From positions 1 to 62,126 of the forward strand of contig JBKHIT010000025.1 in assembly GCA_046538485.1 (NCBI GenBank): 62,126 bases of DNA, in the 5' to 3' direction. How positions within the stretch are numbered: the first letter of the stretch is position 1; every line of letters starts with the position of its first letter. A program made the translations under genes and the position numbers. The notes beneath the pieces were generated by a model. That model made no database searches. It was not told the DNA's origin and worked only from the letters and a program-made list of their open reading frames with translations. Below, in pieces: positions 48,602-58,709 of this stretch. Origin of the DNA: Candidatus Brocadiia bacterium. Its GTDB lineage: Bacteria; Planctomycetota; Brocadiia; SM23-32.

Positions 48602-51600
48602 TTGAGAGCTGAATGTCCAGATTGTGGGGCGGTCTTCCGGGTTGAAGATGTTTCCGGCGGGGCTATTTGTCCCGAGTGTGGATGTCAGATTGGCTCCGAA
48701 CAGATTGTTGCCACGAATAAAGGCGGCGAGGAAACAGTCAGACAAGAAACAGACAGCAGCCTCTCTTCGTCTGGAGCCACGGGAATAATAAGAATCTGCT
48801 CCGAGTGTGGCACGGTCATTCGGGTCAGTAACCGCGCAAAAGAAATGGTCTGTCCGGAGTGCGGCCGCGTTCGGGATCTTTCGGTAGAGCCGACAGAGGA
48901 GACAGATAGTCCAACCGTAGATGCTTCGGATCGGGGGGCAGCAACTGTTTCAATGCAATCCGGGCCAACAATCTATTGTCCCCATTGCGGACGCACTGTT
49001 CGAGAACCGGAGAGAGGTGGAGTATTCCGTTGCCAGTGGTGCGGGACCTCTTTCGAACCACAGGTTGGTTCGACCCGGCAACAAAATTCGACCCGTGTAG
49101 ACAGAATAGAATCTTCGGAAAAAGAAACGATGGCGGCATCTTTCTCATCCGATGAGCAGGAACTGGAAGACACTGAAAGCGTTGACGGGATTGTGGATGA
49201 TCCGGAGCCACAACCGGCGACTCAGCTTGCCAGGACTGTTGGCGAAGGTCAGGGTGGGGACGAAGTAACAGAGCGGAGGCCCCGGCAAGATGGTACGGTT
49301 GTGGCTCACATCCCCAAAGATGAGGCGACGGTCACGGGGACGGAGTTCCCGGCCGGCGAATCCGAGGAAACCGGCATCGTTGAATGGGTTCAACGACATC
49401 TTGGTTTGCGATATGAGATATTGCAGTTTGTCGGACGCGGCGGAATGGGAGCCGTTTTCAAGGTAAAGCAAAAAGAGCCTTCCCGTATTGTGGCATTAAA
49501 AGTGATGCGGAGCGCCGCTCTATCCTCAGAGAAAGCACGGAAGCGGTTTGAGCGAGAAGCTGCCGCAGCCGCCCGACTTCAGCATCCGGCCATCGTGCCC
49601 GTTTATGAAGTAGGAGAGGTCCGGGGACAGCCTTATTACACGATGGCTTTTGTGGACGGGAAAGACCTCCGGGAGCATGTTTTCGACAATGAATGTGATA
49701 AAAAAGAGATCGCTCATCTGATTAAAGAAGTCTGCGATGCTGTGGATTACGCGCACCGTCATGGGGTGATTCACAGAGATTTGAAACCCGGCAATATCAT
49801 GATCGATGTGCATGGCCAGATCCAAATCCTGGATTTTGGATTGGCCAGAGTCGCGCGGGAAGAAGGGGAAGCGGAGAAAAGCCTGCTGACGATGTCAGGC
49901 GATGTGATCGGAACACCGCGCTATATGAGTCCCGAACAGGCCATGGGGAAACCGGATGAGATTGATGGTCGGACCGATGTATACACTCTGGGTGTCATTC
50001 TCTATGAGCTGACTGTGGGTATGCCGCCTTACAACATTGGTGGTTTGCATGGCTACCGGGCTCTGAATGTGATTCAAGAGAGCGAGCCGATTATTCCTTC
50101 ACGCGTGCATCCGGTCTTTCCCATCGACCTTGAAGCCGTGATTTTGAAAGCGCTGGCCAAGAACAAGGAAGAACGATACCGTAAACCGATTGATCTGGGG
50201 GCTGACCTGGAGAGATTCATTGCCGATCGCCCGGTTTCGGCCCAGGCAGCCACGCTGTGGTACAGGTTTCAGAAATTCCTGTGGCGAAATCGTCGAAGTG
50301 CTTTGTGGGTTCTGCTGGTGACTTTTCTCTTTGGACTCACCGGTGGGATTCTTGGTGGACTTTATTTTTCCACGATGCAAAAGAAGGAAGACCTTGCTTC
50401 CCGGATGCGGGAGATGTACGGCAGCGTGGGAAAAATGATCCAGGATGTTCGCAAGCAGGTCGAAGAAGAAGACTGGGGCAAAGCATTTGCAAACGCAAGA
50501 CTCGCCGAAAAAGCTTTTCCCGGCGAAGCACAGGGGCTGGTCAGTGAAGTTCAACGTGAGGCACAGCGAAAAGTGCAAACAGAACTCTCGACAATGCGGG
50601 AGTGTGTGCGTGCCCAAAAATATCGAGAAGCGGGCCGGAGAGCCGATCAAATGCTCAATCTTGCCGCTGATCTGCCTTCGGGAGAGCTGAAAGGAGGCTT
50701 GTTGAGGGCTGGGAGCGATCTGCCGGAGGTTTGCTGGCGAGAACTCCAGTCGATGTTTGCGGAGCGTCGGCTGTACACGCGTGAAGGAACCGTAAAATAC
50801 CTTCAAAACTACATTCAGTACTTCGATAGCAAGCCCAGGGCTGAGGAAGCAAGAAAACAGCTTCAAGAAATTCGGCAAGCTCCCGATACTTACTTTCTCC
50901 AGAGGCGCCTGGAAGCTATCGATAGGAGACTGGAAGACCGGGAGTGGGAGAAAGCCAATGAGATCATTCAGACTTACCCGGCTGCGATTCATGATGCTGC
51001 AGGAGCGGATGAAAACCACTGGCAAAGCGAAATGGTGCAAAGGAAAATGGCGCTGGCGAGTGTAATCTGGCAGAGAACGATACCGCGCGTGAAAGTACTG
51101 CGCAGGATCGAGGGCCATACAAAATTTATCAAGTCCATCGGGTTTAATCCGTCGAGGGATCTATGTGAATTTGTCTCAGGGGGGACAGATTCGACCGTGC
51201 GTATTTGGGAGTGTGACACAGGGTGCCAGAAGAAAATATTGCCGGCGGCATCGGAAGTACGTGCCGTGAAATTTTCTCCGGAGGGAATGCTGGTCGGTGC
51301 CGGTTGCGAGGAAGGCACGCTGCATTTGTTTCTGCGGGATTCAGAATATGAGTGGCAGGTACAATCCGGACATGTGAACAGACTGCAATGCCTGGATTTC
51401 AGTGAAAATGGGGAACGGATTTTGACAGGGTCTGCCGATGCCGTTCACATCTGGCGGGTAGGTTCGGGAGGGATGACCCATTTTGCCCAGCTGGAAGGAG
51501 CACGCGCACCGGCGGTTTTTGTTCCCGAACGGGATTGGATCGTATCGGCAAAAACAACCGAGGGCAGAGAATTTTCTCTTTCAATTCGGGATTCCGGGAC

Positions 51601-51994
51601 CGGGAAAGTGTTTTTTGAGTTCGATGTGTCGAGCCCTCCTCTTGCTCTGGCAGTCGGGGCGGAGGGGAAATTGCTGGCAGCGGGATGCAAAGATGACAAC
51701 GTCCGTCTCTGGGATCTCAAGCGCAAGAAACTGCAGGCCACCCTTTCCGGACACGAAAGAAATGTGGCCGCTGTTGCGTTCACGCCTGACGCGCGTGTTC
51801 TGGCAAGCGGCGCCTGGGATGATCAGATTATACTCTGGGATGTGAGATCGCCTGAAGAACCGGTCAAGCTCCGAGCCTTGAAAGATCATGAGGGCTGGAT
51901 CCATGACCTCGCTTTTTCACCGGACTCTCGCTTCCTGGTTTCTGTGGGGAACGAGCCGATTATTCGCGTTTGGGCAGTAGAGCAAGGGCGATAG
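48602..51994 (+). CDS. Ser/Thr protein kinase with N-terminal zinc ribbons, TM helix and C-terminal WD40 repeats
   Basis: Six CxxC motifs. GRGGMGAV, VALK, HRDLKPGN, DFGLA, GTPRYMSPEQ. GH..WD-type repeats. GGAGGAG RBS before TTG. Confidence 0.92.
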   Translation: MRAECPDCGAVFRVEDVSGGAICPECGCQIGSEQIVATNKGGEETVRQETDSSLSSSGATGIIRICSECGTVIRVSNRAKEMVCPECGRVRDLSVEPTEETDSPTVDASDRGAATVSMQSGPTIYCPHCGRTVREPERGGVFRCQWCGTSFEPQVGSTRQQNSTRVDRIESSEKETMAASFSSDEQELEDTESVDGIVDDPEPQPATQLARTVGEGQGGDEVTERRPRQDGTVVAHIPKDEATVTGTEFPAGESEETGIVEWVQRHLGLRYEILQFVGRGGMGAVFKVKQKEPSRIVALKVMRSAALSSEKARKRFEREAAAAARLQHPAIVPVYEVGEVRGQPYYTMAFVDGKDLREHVFDNECDKKEIAHLIKEVCDAVDYAHRHGVIHRDLKPGNIMIDVHGQIQILDFGLARVAREEGEAEKSLLTMSGDVIGTPRYMSPEQAMGKPDEIDGRTDVYTLGVILYELTVGMPPYNIGGLHGYRALNVIQESEPIIPSRVHPVFPIDLEAVILKALAKNKEERYRKPIDLGADLERFIADRPVSAQAATLWYRFQKFLWRNRRSALWVLLVTFLFGLTGGILGGLYFSTMQKKEDLASRMREMYGSVGKMIQDVRKQVEEEDWGKAFANARLAEKAFPGEAQGLVSEVQREAQRKVQTELSTMRECVRAQKYREAGRRADQMLNLAADLPSGELKGGLLRAGSDLPEVCWRELQSMFAERRLYTREGTVKYLQNYIQYFDSKPRAEEARKQLQEIRQAPDTYFLQRRLEAIDRRLEDREWEKANEIIQTYPAAIHDAAGADENHWQSEMVQRKMALASVIWQRTIPRVKVLRRIEGHTKFIKSIGFNPSRDLCEFVSGGTDSTVRIWECDTGCQKKILPAASEVRAVKFSPEGMLVGAGCEEGTLHLFLRDSEYEWQVQSGHVNRLQCLDFSENGERILTGSADAVHIWRVGSGGMTHFAQLEGARAPAVFVPERDWIVSAKTTEGREFSLSIRDSGTGKVFFEFDVSSPPLALAVGAEGKLLAAGCKDDNVRLWDLKRKKLQATLSGHERNVAAVAFTPDARVLASGAWDDQIILWDVRSPEEPVKLRALKDHEGWIHDLAFSPDSRFLVSVGNEPIIRVWAVEQGR

Positions 51995-52083
51995 AGGGAT
52001 TTTTAAATGGCAAAGTTGTCACCTTCAACCGTCGATTTGACGTAAAGCTGAGGACGCCGTATAAAAGCCATAAGGCTTTTTAC

Positions 52084-52184
52084 TAGCCTGGATTTTACGG
52101 ATAATTGGGAGCTGTTGTTGCCCAATCAGGGTAGAATCTTTATGGAACACCGTTCACAACCTTCTCAGCCAAAAATCCGGGCTA
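52084..52184. repeat. Small MITE-like element with 13-bp imperfect terminal IR
   Basis: TAGCCTGGATTTT (52084-96) vs AAAATCCGGGCTA (52172-84), 1 mismatch. The left end lies in CTAG. Confidence 0.4.
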
Positions 52185-52459
52185 AACAAAACGGCGCATA
52201 AAATCTGACCACTTCAAATCAGTGATCAGCAACGAGGCGAACGCGACGTTGAGAAACGATTGGCTTTAACTGCTTTTTCGCAAGGAAGATACAGATATAT
52301 TGCTGCACAGTAGCACCGGCCGGGAACTGTGAACACTTCTTGTTGTCGTAAGTTCTTACTCCTGAACGGCATGCGCCGTTTTATATGGCCTGCATCCGTA
52401 AGATGCAGGCTAGATGGATGTCTGTTTTCGTTTGCTGACATTGAAGAAAGGAAGAACAA

Positions 52460-52951
52460 ATGGGTACCAGGTTCAACGCGGATGAAATTTTTGAGATGGC
52501 CGAGCGAATCGAGAGAAATGGGCGACGGTTTTATCTTGCAGCAGCGGAGAATACCGACAATGAGGAACTCGAACGAATGTTCCGCGAGCTGGCCGAGATA
52601 GAATCCGAGCACGAGGAATTGTTCCACAAAAAACGGAAAGAGCTGAGCGACAAAGAGGCTCCTGACGGAGGGTATGATCCAGATTGGGACGTTCCCCGTT
52701 ATCTTGATTCCCTGGCGGACACCAAAGTTTTCAAGGTGCATGAGGACGTATCGGAAGAACTCAACGGGGATGAGAGCCCCGAGGAGATCCTTCAGATGGC
52801 GATTCAGGCGGAGAAAGACTCCGTTGTTTTTTACCTGGGGATCAAAGATAGCGTCGCAGAAGCCATGGGGCAGGATAAGGTGGAGTGGCTGATAGATCAG
52901 GAGATGTCACATATCGACGAATTGAGATCTTTATTCCAAAAGTTGGTGTGA
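52460..52951 (+). CDS. Ferritin-like/rubrerythrin family protein
   Basis: EIFEMAERIERNGRRFY..LAEIESEH..AIQAEKDSVVFY..LIDQEMSH di-iron E/ExxH pattern. Confidence 0.88.
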   Translation: MGTRFNADEIFEMAERIERNGRRFYLAAAENTDNEELERMFRELAEIESEHEELFHKKRKELSDKEAPDGGYDPDWDVPRYLDSLADTKVFKVHEDVSEELNGDESPEEILQMAIQAEKDSVVFYLGIKDSVAEAMGQDKVEWLIDQEMSHIDELRSLFQKLV

Positions 52952-53086
52952 ACTGCGGGCGCGAGTTGCCCGTTTGTTGGGAGTGACATTTTTGCAATTT
53001 TGCTCACGAGCGGGTAAGAAAAAATGGCTTTTGAAAATTATATACTTGCCGAGTGATGGGCCGAATTCTATAGAGCGCAGTATTGA

Positions 53087-53437
53087 GGGGGCTGGAATAC
53101 AGGGTGTGCCGCCGATCCCCCTTATTATCCCTTTACGTTCGCCCCCACCCTGAGGCAATACAGAACTGAGTGGGTTTACGGTCCTTCCTGGGCCGAACCA
53201 GCACACGGGGCCCGCATATTCCTCGCCGATGTTGTCACGCGTGGCGAAGCGTTGAACGATATTAACCCTCATGACGGTACTGCCAATATTAGTTTGCTCG
53301 ACGGACATGTGGAAAGCCGACGCGAGGTTTTTGCTGATTGGATGATGGCATGGGATAATTCCTATTGCAACGAAAAACCTCACCACGAATACGGACAGGA
53401 TTGGTGGGTGCATATGACGAATCTTGTCAAGCAGTGA
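53087..53437 (+). pseudogene. 5'-truncated remnant of a prepilin-type H-X9-DG gene
   Basis: The open frame after TGA 53084-86 reads ..ARIFLADVV..NPHDGTANISLLDGHVE.. (H-X9-DG) but has no prepilin N-terminus. Confidence 0.7.
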
Positions 53438-53531
53438 ACGCCTTCCGGTCCCTTCAGTCACTGATGTCTCTTTCGGGTCGTGACAGACCGAAGAATAGAG
53501 ATACGTGCCTTTCTTCCATGAAAGCTCGTCT

Positions 53532-54554
53532 CTATATCGCGTCCACCCACACTGGCGATGACCAGGCCGTCCCGCCGTCTGTCTGCCGCACCCGGACGTA
53601 GTAGGCGGTGTTTCCGGCGGGCGCTGCTTCTTCATAAGCCCCACGAAATACATCAATCTGATTGGCCTGATCGCCGCCGGCCAGCAGGTGCACGGGGCTG
53701 GTATTGCGGAAAACTTCTATCCGGTCGAGCAACCCGTCAAGAACCGCGTGAATCTCCATCCGAAGCGTTTCCCCCGGTTCCACGCTAATTTCTTCTCCCG
53801 TCAGCGCGCCGTTGAGTCTCACGTCGAGTATTATCCGAGGTCCATTTGTGGCATAGACCCGCCGTGAGAAAAACGCCTTCCAGAGGGATTCCCGCGTCAG
53901 TTCTTTCGCGTAAACCCCGACGAGACCACTGTGCGAGGAGAAAAAGCGGTCCCGGGCGGTGGTATGGCTGTCGCCGATCGCCCCTCGATGGTCGTCGCTG
54001 CCGCCGATGAAACCAAAACGCAGGCCGCGTCGGATCGCTTCTTGCGCCCTGTGTTCGTAGTTGCGATGGCACGAATGAATCTCGAAAATCGGCATACAAC
54101 CGGGGCATTGTTTGGACGGGAGTACTTCCCAGTCATCATTGCCGGCAGGATCGATGCCCAGGCGGAACCGGAAGTTAGTTTCGGTGAAACTCTGGCAGCG
54201 GTATCCCGGTGAACCGTGGCTCGGATTCCCGAGATGAATCAGGATTTCGGTTCCGGCCGGGATTGTTCCCTCATCAAGAATCAGGTCAATTCCTCGATTC
54301 CATGGATGGCGTCCCCAGCCCGGATTTTCTGTGTTCACTTTAAAGGATGCTGAGGCATCGCTGTCGATAGTGATGTAATTTTCGCTTTCCGGGTCATCGG
54401 TTTGAGGATCTCCGATATCCGAAAAATGCCGGGCGGCAACGACGATACGTCCGCCGGTTTGTATTGTTTGTGCGGGCGTAACGAAAAGTTTGGCCCGGAA
54501 AAGTTGATTTGCTCTGAGCTGTTCGGGACCTTCGTATTCGAGTTTCGATTTCAC
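53532..54554 (-). pseudogene. DUF3604/CehA-McbA-like metallohydrolase with apparent large in-frame internal deletion
   Basis: The N-terminal beta-domain joins directly to late PHP motifs (FEIHSCH, GFIGGSDDH, RRVYATNG, YYVRVRQTDGGTAWSSPVW). The early HxH and TDH motifs are absent. Confidence 0.6.
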
Positions 54555-54650
54555 TGTGTTCCCTTCTACAGATTGGAAGCGTCAAAATGGGAGGTCGCGA
54601 CTTTAGTGCAGGACTTGAAGATATGCAACATGACGGACTCTTATCGGTTT

Positions 54651-55229
54651 TTACTGCCCACGTGCTATCTTTGTCCTGAGCAAGCGGAGAGATTCGGATC
54701 CAAAGACCTTTCTTATTATATTTTCAATCCCCGCGTCCAGGTCCCCGGACGAAGCACGCTCGGAGTTGCAGGGGAAATGCATCGCCTCGGGCTGGACCGA
54801 CAGAATCGGCGGGTCGTTCGAAGTAAGCATCAGTGGCCATAGGACGCAGTCGCGGGGTTTATAATCTTCGGGTTCATGTCCATTTCGCAACGCAGCTGCG
54901 TGGAGCGAACACAGGAACTCGTTTTTCTCTCCCCGGAAGGCAAAAACGCAGAGTTCGGTTTCATCTTTTCGTATGGCAAACAGATCTGCGTTGAGTTCTT
55001 TGAAAAGGTCGGCGGATGTTCCGTTTCTTTTCAGACGAGGCGCAAACTGAGCGGCATCTTCAAGATGGTCCAGTATGCGGGAACGTTCCGCCTTGCTTAT
55101 CCACGCATCGTAAAAACGGCAGCAACTCCCCGACGCGCGGCAAAGCAAAGGATCACACCGGTGCGTGATCCCGAGAACGGCGGGGAGATCGACCACATAT
55201 CCTCTGATTTGGATTTCCGTTCGCTCCAT
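54651..55229 (-). CDS. Cysteine-cluster protein (DUF3109/YkgJ-like)
   Basis: CDPLLC..SCC, CVF, CSLH, KPRDCVLWP. Confidence 0.7.
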   Translation of the reverse strand: MERTEIQIRGYVVDLPAVLGITHRCDPLLCRASGSCCRFYDAWISKAERSRILDHLEDAAQFAPRLKRNGTSADLFKELNADLFAIRKDETELCVFAFRGEKNEFLCSLHAAALRNGHEPEDYKPRDCVLWPLMLTSNDPPILSVQPEAMHFPCNSERASSGDLDAGIENIIRKVFGSESLRLLRTKIARGQ

Positions 55230-55232
55230 CCG

Positions 55233-57590
55233 CTACTGGTCCTCCAGAAAGACGCCGATATCCGGTGGCGGGAAACCCGGCACGGCGGCCTGTATCTTGC
55301 CGTGATCGTCTCTCAAATTTCGTCCCACGCTGTAAACAATGGTTCCGTTGTGTCGTCTGCGTAATCGGTAAGGCTCTCCTTTGAAAGGATCAATGGGAAT
55401 TTTGTCGAGATATTTCTGTTTCAAGCAGTCAAGATTGGTGATTGTTTTCTCGTTCTCGTCCCCGTACCGGCGCAGAGCAATCCCGATTCCAACGGCTCCT
55501 GTCAGAGCACGGCATGAGGTAAAGCGAACGGCAATGGCAAAATAATCCGGCAGGAAACGAATGGGATCGGGAGCAAGATGTTGAGCTATCTGGCCCCAGC
55601 CACGGGCCGTGCGCACTCTTTGTAACTCAAACTGCAGTTCTTCCATGCTGGCGAGCAAATCTCGGTTTTTGTAACGGGCGAGGGCCTCGGCTCTTTTGGC
55701 GATGCGAATACCGGCATTTAGTCGAGATGCCAGAAGCGGTTCGAGAACGGTTGCCGCCAGAAGCGGGGCCTTCCGGCGATTGAAAGGGATCCAGTTCCCG
55801 GTTCGCAGGTCTTCCCAGGACGCGGCGATAAACACCCGCTCGCACCGGAATGCTTCACGCAGAGATAGACCGGCCTGGGCGTCTGACAGGAGAGCTTGAA
55901 CCGCGCCCAGTTCGTCCGCAGGGACGGCTTGCGGGGATAGGCACGGCTCCAGAGCCCGGCAGGCAAGACGGAGGTGGAGGATGCGGGCCATCTGTACGGT
56001 GAGAATTGGATCAGCGGGATGTCGAGCAAGCTTCAATGCTGTTTGTACGTTTCTGAGGGCGATATCGAACTTGCCCCGGGATGCGTTCGACATCGCGGAT
56101 ATACAGGCAAGTTTCACGGCCTGATTCAGCGTGTGCAGCTGAGGGAGCCGCATTTTCGAACCGGAATGGTAGTTCCACCCGAAACACAACGGCGGATAAT
56201 TTCCCAGTTTTTCGAAACTTCGTAAAGGACCGTTTGCGATCTCAGCGATTTTTGCCGCGCACTCCAATTGTGCTTCTTCCCAGGAGCTCAAAAGCAAAAG
56301 ATCGTCCCAGTGTTCTATCTTTTTGCCTCCGGGGGCCGATCCGGACGGCAATTCGACGGCAATTATTTTTGGTTCTATGGCATGGAGCTTTTCGGAAGCG
56401 CGGCGAAAGACCGAAAGTCCTGCGTCGTTTGAGATTGTTTTTTCCGGCCGGCAGACCAGGCAGTCCTCCCGTGTTCCAGAGAGTTGCATCTCCTGGAGCT
56501 GCGTTTTGAGGCCCCGCGTGGAATGTTGGCTGTAAAAACAGTACGTTGCGAAAGGGAGGACAACATTCGTCAGCAGAACAGCGGCGCAAAAGAGCCAGAG
56601 AACGGTTCCCATCTTCCCGGAGCCCTCTTTCATATCGCCCAATTCTCCGGTCCAGCGGGCCAGGTCAGGGCTCTGCAGGGGATTGATGATACGTCGTAGC
56701 ACGATGGCCCATATGGCGAGATTGAAGATTACGAGAACACCGGCGATTTCCGGGCCGAAAGGAACTTCTTTCGAGATGAATAGCCCCAGAATCGGCAAAG
56801 GAACAACGGCAGCTGCGCTACCAAGCCACAGCCAGGGAAGCTCAACAAGCATTTTTTTCGCCCAGTTTCCTTTCCGGTACAGGCCCATTGCTGCGACGAG
56901 GAAAGCTATCCCGTAGATCCCAATGGATACAGTCGTTACGACCAGTGTCTTCAGCTGTAACTGAGTCAATGAGCCCCACTCGCGGGCCACTGTATTTTGG
57001 AACGCTGAATCGAGATAAAGGGCCCCCAGAGCGAATGCGGAAAACAGCGCGAGCCATAGCCCCAATCCTGCCGCAAGCCAGCCCCAGCGATTCAGCCTTT
57101 TCTCTCTTTGATCTCGTTCCTGATCCAGGCGATCCCGGATTATATCTATCGTAGGTGCCCTGTCTTTAGTTGTCCCTGTTTTAAGATTTTTAATTAACTC
57201 TTCTGGTGGCGGATCAGAGGTCATTACCCTTTTGGCCCGTTGGCCAAGGAGAATGGACAGTTTGGGGAGGTGGCCTGGAGGTAGGATTATTAGGAGGAGT
57301 CCGAGAATGGCGCTGGAAGCTGCAATAACCAGAACGGCTGTGAGCAAAAAGAAGTATTCCCCACTGGTCTGCAAAAAGGAGCTTATAAATATTCCCGCGA
57401 GCCCTGCGGTAAGGGCAACGGCAATGAGGGCAACCCCCTGGAATCTCACATTTCGGATAGTTTCGCGCCGAGTGCCGCCGAGTTTCCGGAGCAATTCTTT
57501 GTGTGCTCTCCGTACCTGCCCCGTTTTTGTTTGTGGGTCCCCGATAATACCGACTAGCTTTTCGGCAGGAGTCTGTTTCCCGATCTCCAT
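55233..57590 (-). CDS. Multi-pass membrane protein with helical extracytoplasmic domain ending in a GspG/pseudopilin-like motif
   Basis: About 7 hydrophobic segments. C-terminus ALRRY..L..L..KYLDKIPIDPFKGEPY....VYSVGRNLRDDHG. Start uncertain (57590 or 57626). Confidence 0.7.
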   Translation of the reverse strand: MEIGKQTPAEKLVGIIGDPQTKTGQVRRAHKELLRKLGGTRRETIRNVRFQGVALIAVALTAGLAGIFISSFLQTSGEYFFLLTAVLVIAASSAILGLLLIILPPGHLPKLSILLGQRAKRVMTSDPPPEELIKNLKTGTTKDRAPTIDIIRDRLDQERDQREKRLNRWGWLAAGLGLWLALFSAFALGALYLDSAFQNTVAREWGSLTQLQLKTLVVTTVSIGIYGIAFLVAAMGLYRKGNWAKKMLVELPWLWLGSAAAVVPLPILGLFISKEVPFGPEIAGVLVIFNLAIWAIVLRRIINPLQSPDLARWTGELGDMKEGSGKMGTVLWLFCAAVLLTNVVLPFATYCFYSQHSTRGLKTQLQEMQLSGTREDCLVCRPEKTISNDAGLSVFRRASEKLHAIEPKIIAVELPSGSAPGGKKIEHWDDLLLLSSWEEAQLECAAKIAEIANGPLRSFEKLGNYPPLCFGWNYHSGSKMRLPQLHTLNQAVKLACISAMSNASRGKFDIALRNVQTALKLARHPADPILTVQMARILHLRLACRALEPCLSPQAVPADELGAVQALLSDAQAGLSLREAFRCERVFIAASWEDLRTGNWIPFNRRKAPLLAATVLEPLLASRLNAGIRIAKRAEALARYKNRDLLASMEELQFELQRVRTARGWGQIAQHLAPDPIRFLPDYFAIAVRFTSCRALTGAVGIGIALRRYGDENEKTITNLDCLKQKYLDKIPIDPFKGEPYRLRRRHNGTIVYSVGRNLRDDHGKIQAAVPGFPPPDIGVFLEDQ

Positions 57591-58081
57591 TTGTGTTCCT
57601 GGCTGACGGCCGGGATGAGAGGGCACTCAGTGCAAAACAGTTTTACCGTTCGCATTCTCTGGTAGATATTGTACGAGACTTTGCACTTTTCCCACAACCT
57701 TTTGAGAGTAAAGGAATTTGCGATGTGGGTTCCTGTGGGTGCTGGTAGCCGGACATTTCCCGAAAATCGAGCTGCCTGTTCCCATCGCACCGAGCGCAAA
57801 TTCCTTGAGTTTCCTTCGGAATAGTCGTCAAAGGTTGTTGCAATACGAACCTAATGTCTGGTGTCAATCATTCTTTAAGCTTGCCCCCGCTTGTCGACCG
57901 CGTATGCCGCAGACTCGAGTTCAGCTGAGCCCGCCAGCGGCGGGCGAAACTGGACTTGAGGCGGACAAATCTTGCAGAAGTGCAGGGGAGGAAGGTCCGC
58001 CAACAAGAACATTTCTCTCTTCGCAGCCGGACCGCTGACAGGCAGGATGTACGGATTTAGCCCGGCAGTACCGCTTCAGGG

Positions 58082-58187
58082 GTCATTAAGAGTCCATCGT
58101 AAGATGGGCGAAGCAATCTCGTCGTTTTTTTCAGTCCAACAGCGAGATTGCCCCGGCGTGCCGCTACGCGGAACGCCTCGCAATGAC
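58082..58187. repeat. Palindromic REP-like element, same family as 42597-42695
   Basis: GTCATT..GAAGCAATCTCG..CGAGATTGC..CTCGCAATGAC. Confidence 0.65.
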
Positions 58188-58709
58188 ATGTTGACCTGAA
58201 TGGGTGAGTGTAACGCACGCTAAACTCATACGGCAGGGATGGCTGTCATACTGAAGACGCCTGCCTGCGACCCTGTCGTTGTATCGAATCGGCCCGCGTT
58301 CTGAACTCCAGCCTCCGGCTGAAGTCCAGTCCGCTCGCGGGAGCGGGCCCGCTTACAAATCCTCCGGGCTTGTTCCGACGTGCTTAAGGATTCGGCCTAC
58401 AATTGTGGGGTGAAAACTTTTTTCTGGCCATGCTGAGTCCCGACTGTGCCAATATTTCTGATCAACGCAAATGGCTCAGTAAGATGGCACTTTCAGCCCT
58501 CTGCAGCCCGGGCTTTTATGAGGGATCCTTTCAGGGCCGGGAACCGTCGTTACTTCGGAATCCAGTTTGCCTTCAAGCTCCGACGGGGGCTTTTTCATGA
58601 AAGCCCAACGGACCACGAAGGCCTGGGAATGGGTCAGCGCCGGAAAGACATGGGCTGAAAGCCAACCTCATACGATTGCGCACGAGTCCCAGGAGTTTCG
58701 CACGCAAAT

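Noticed and set aside
52931..53656. 241-aa minus-strand ORF
   Set aside because: Overlaps the rubrerythrin-like gene, the pilin remnant and the hydrolase gene. The plus-strand H-X9-DG frame explains the region better.
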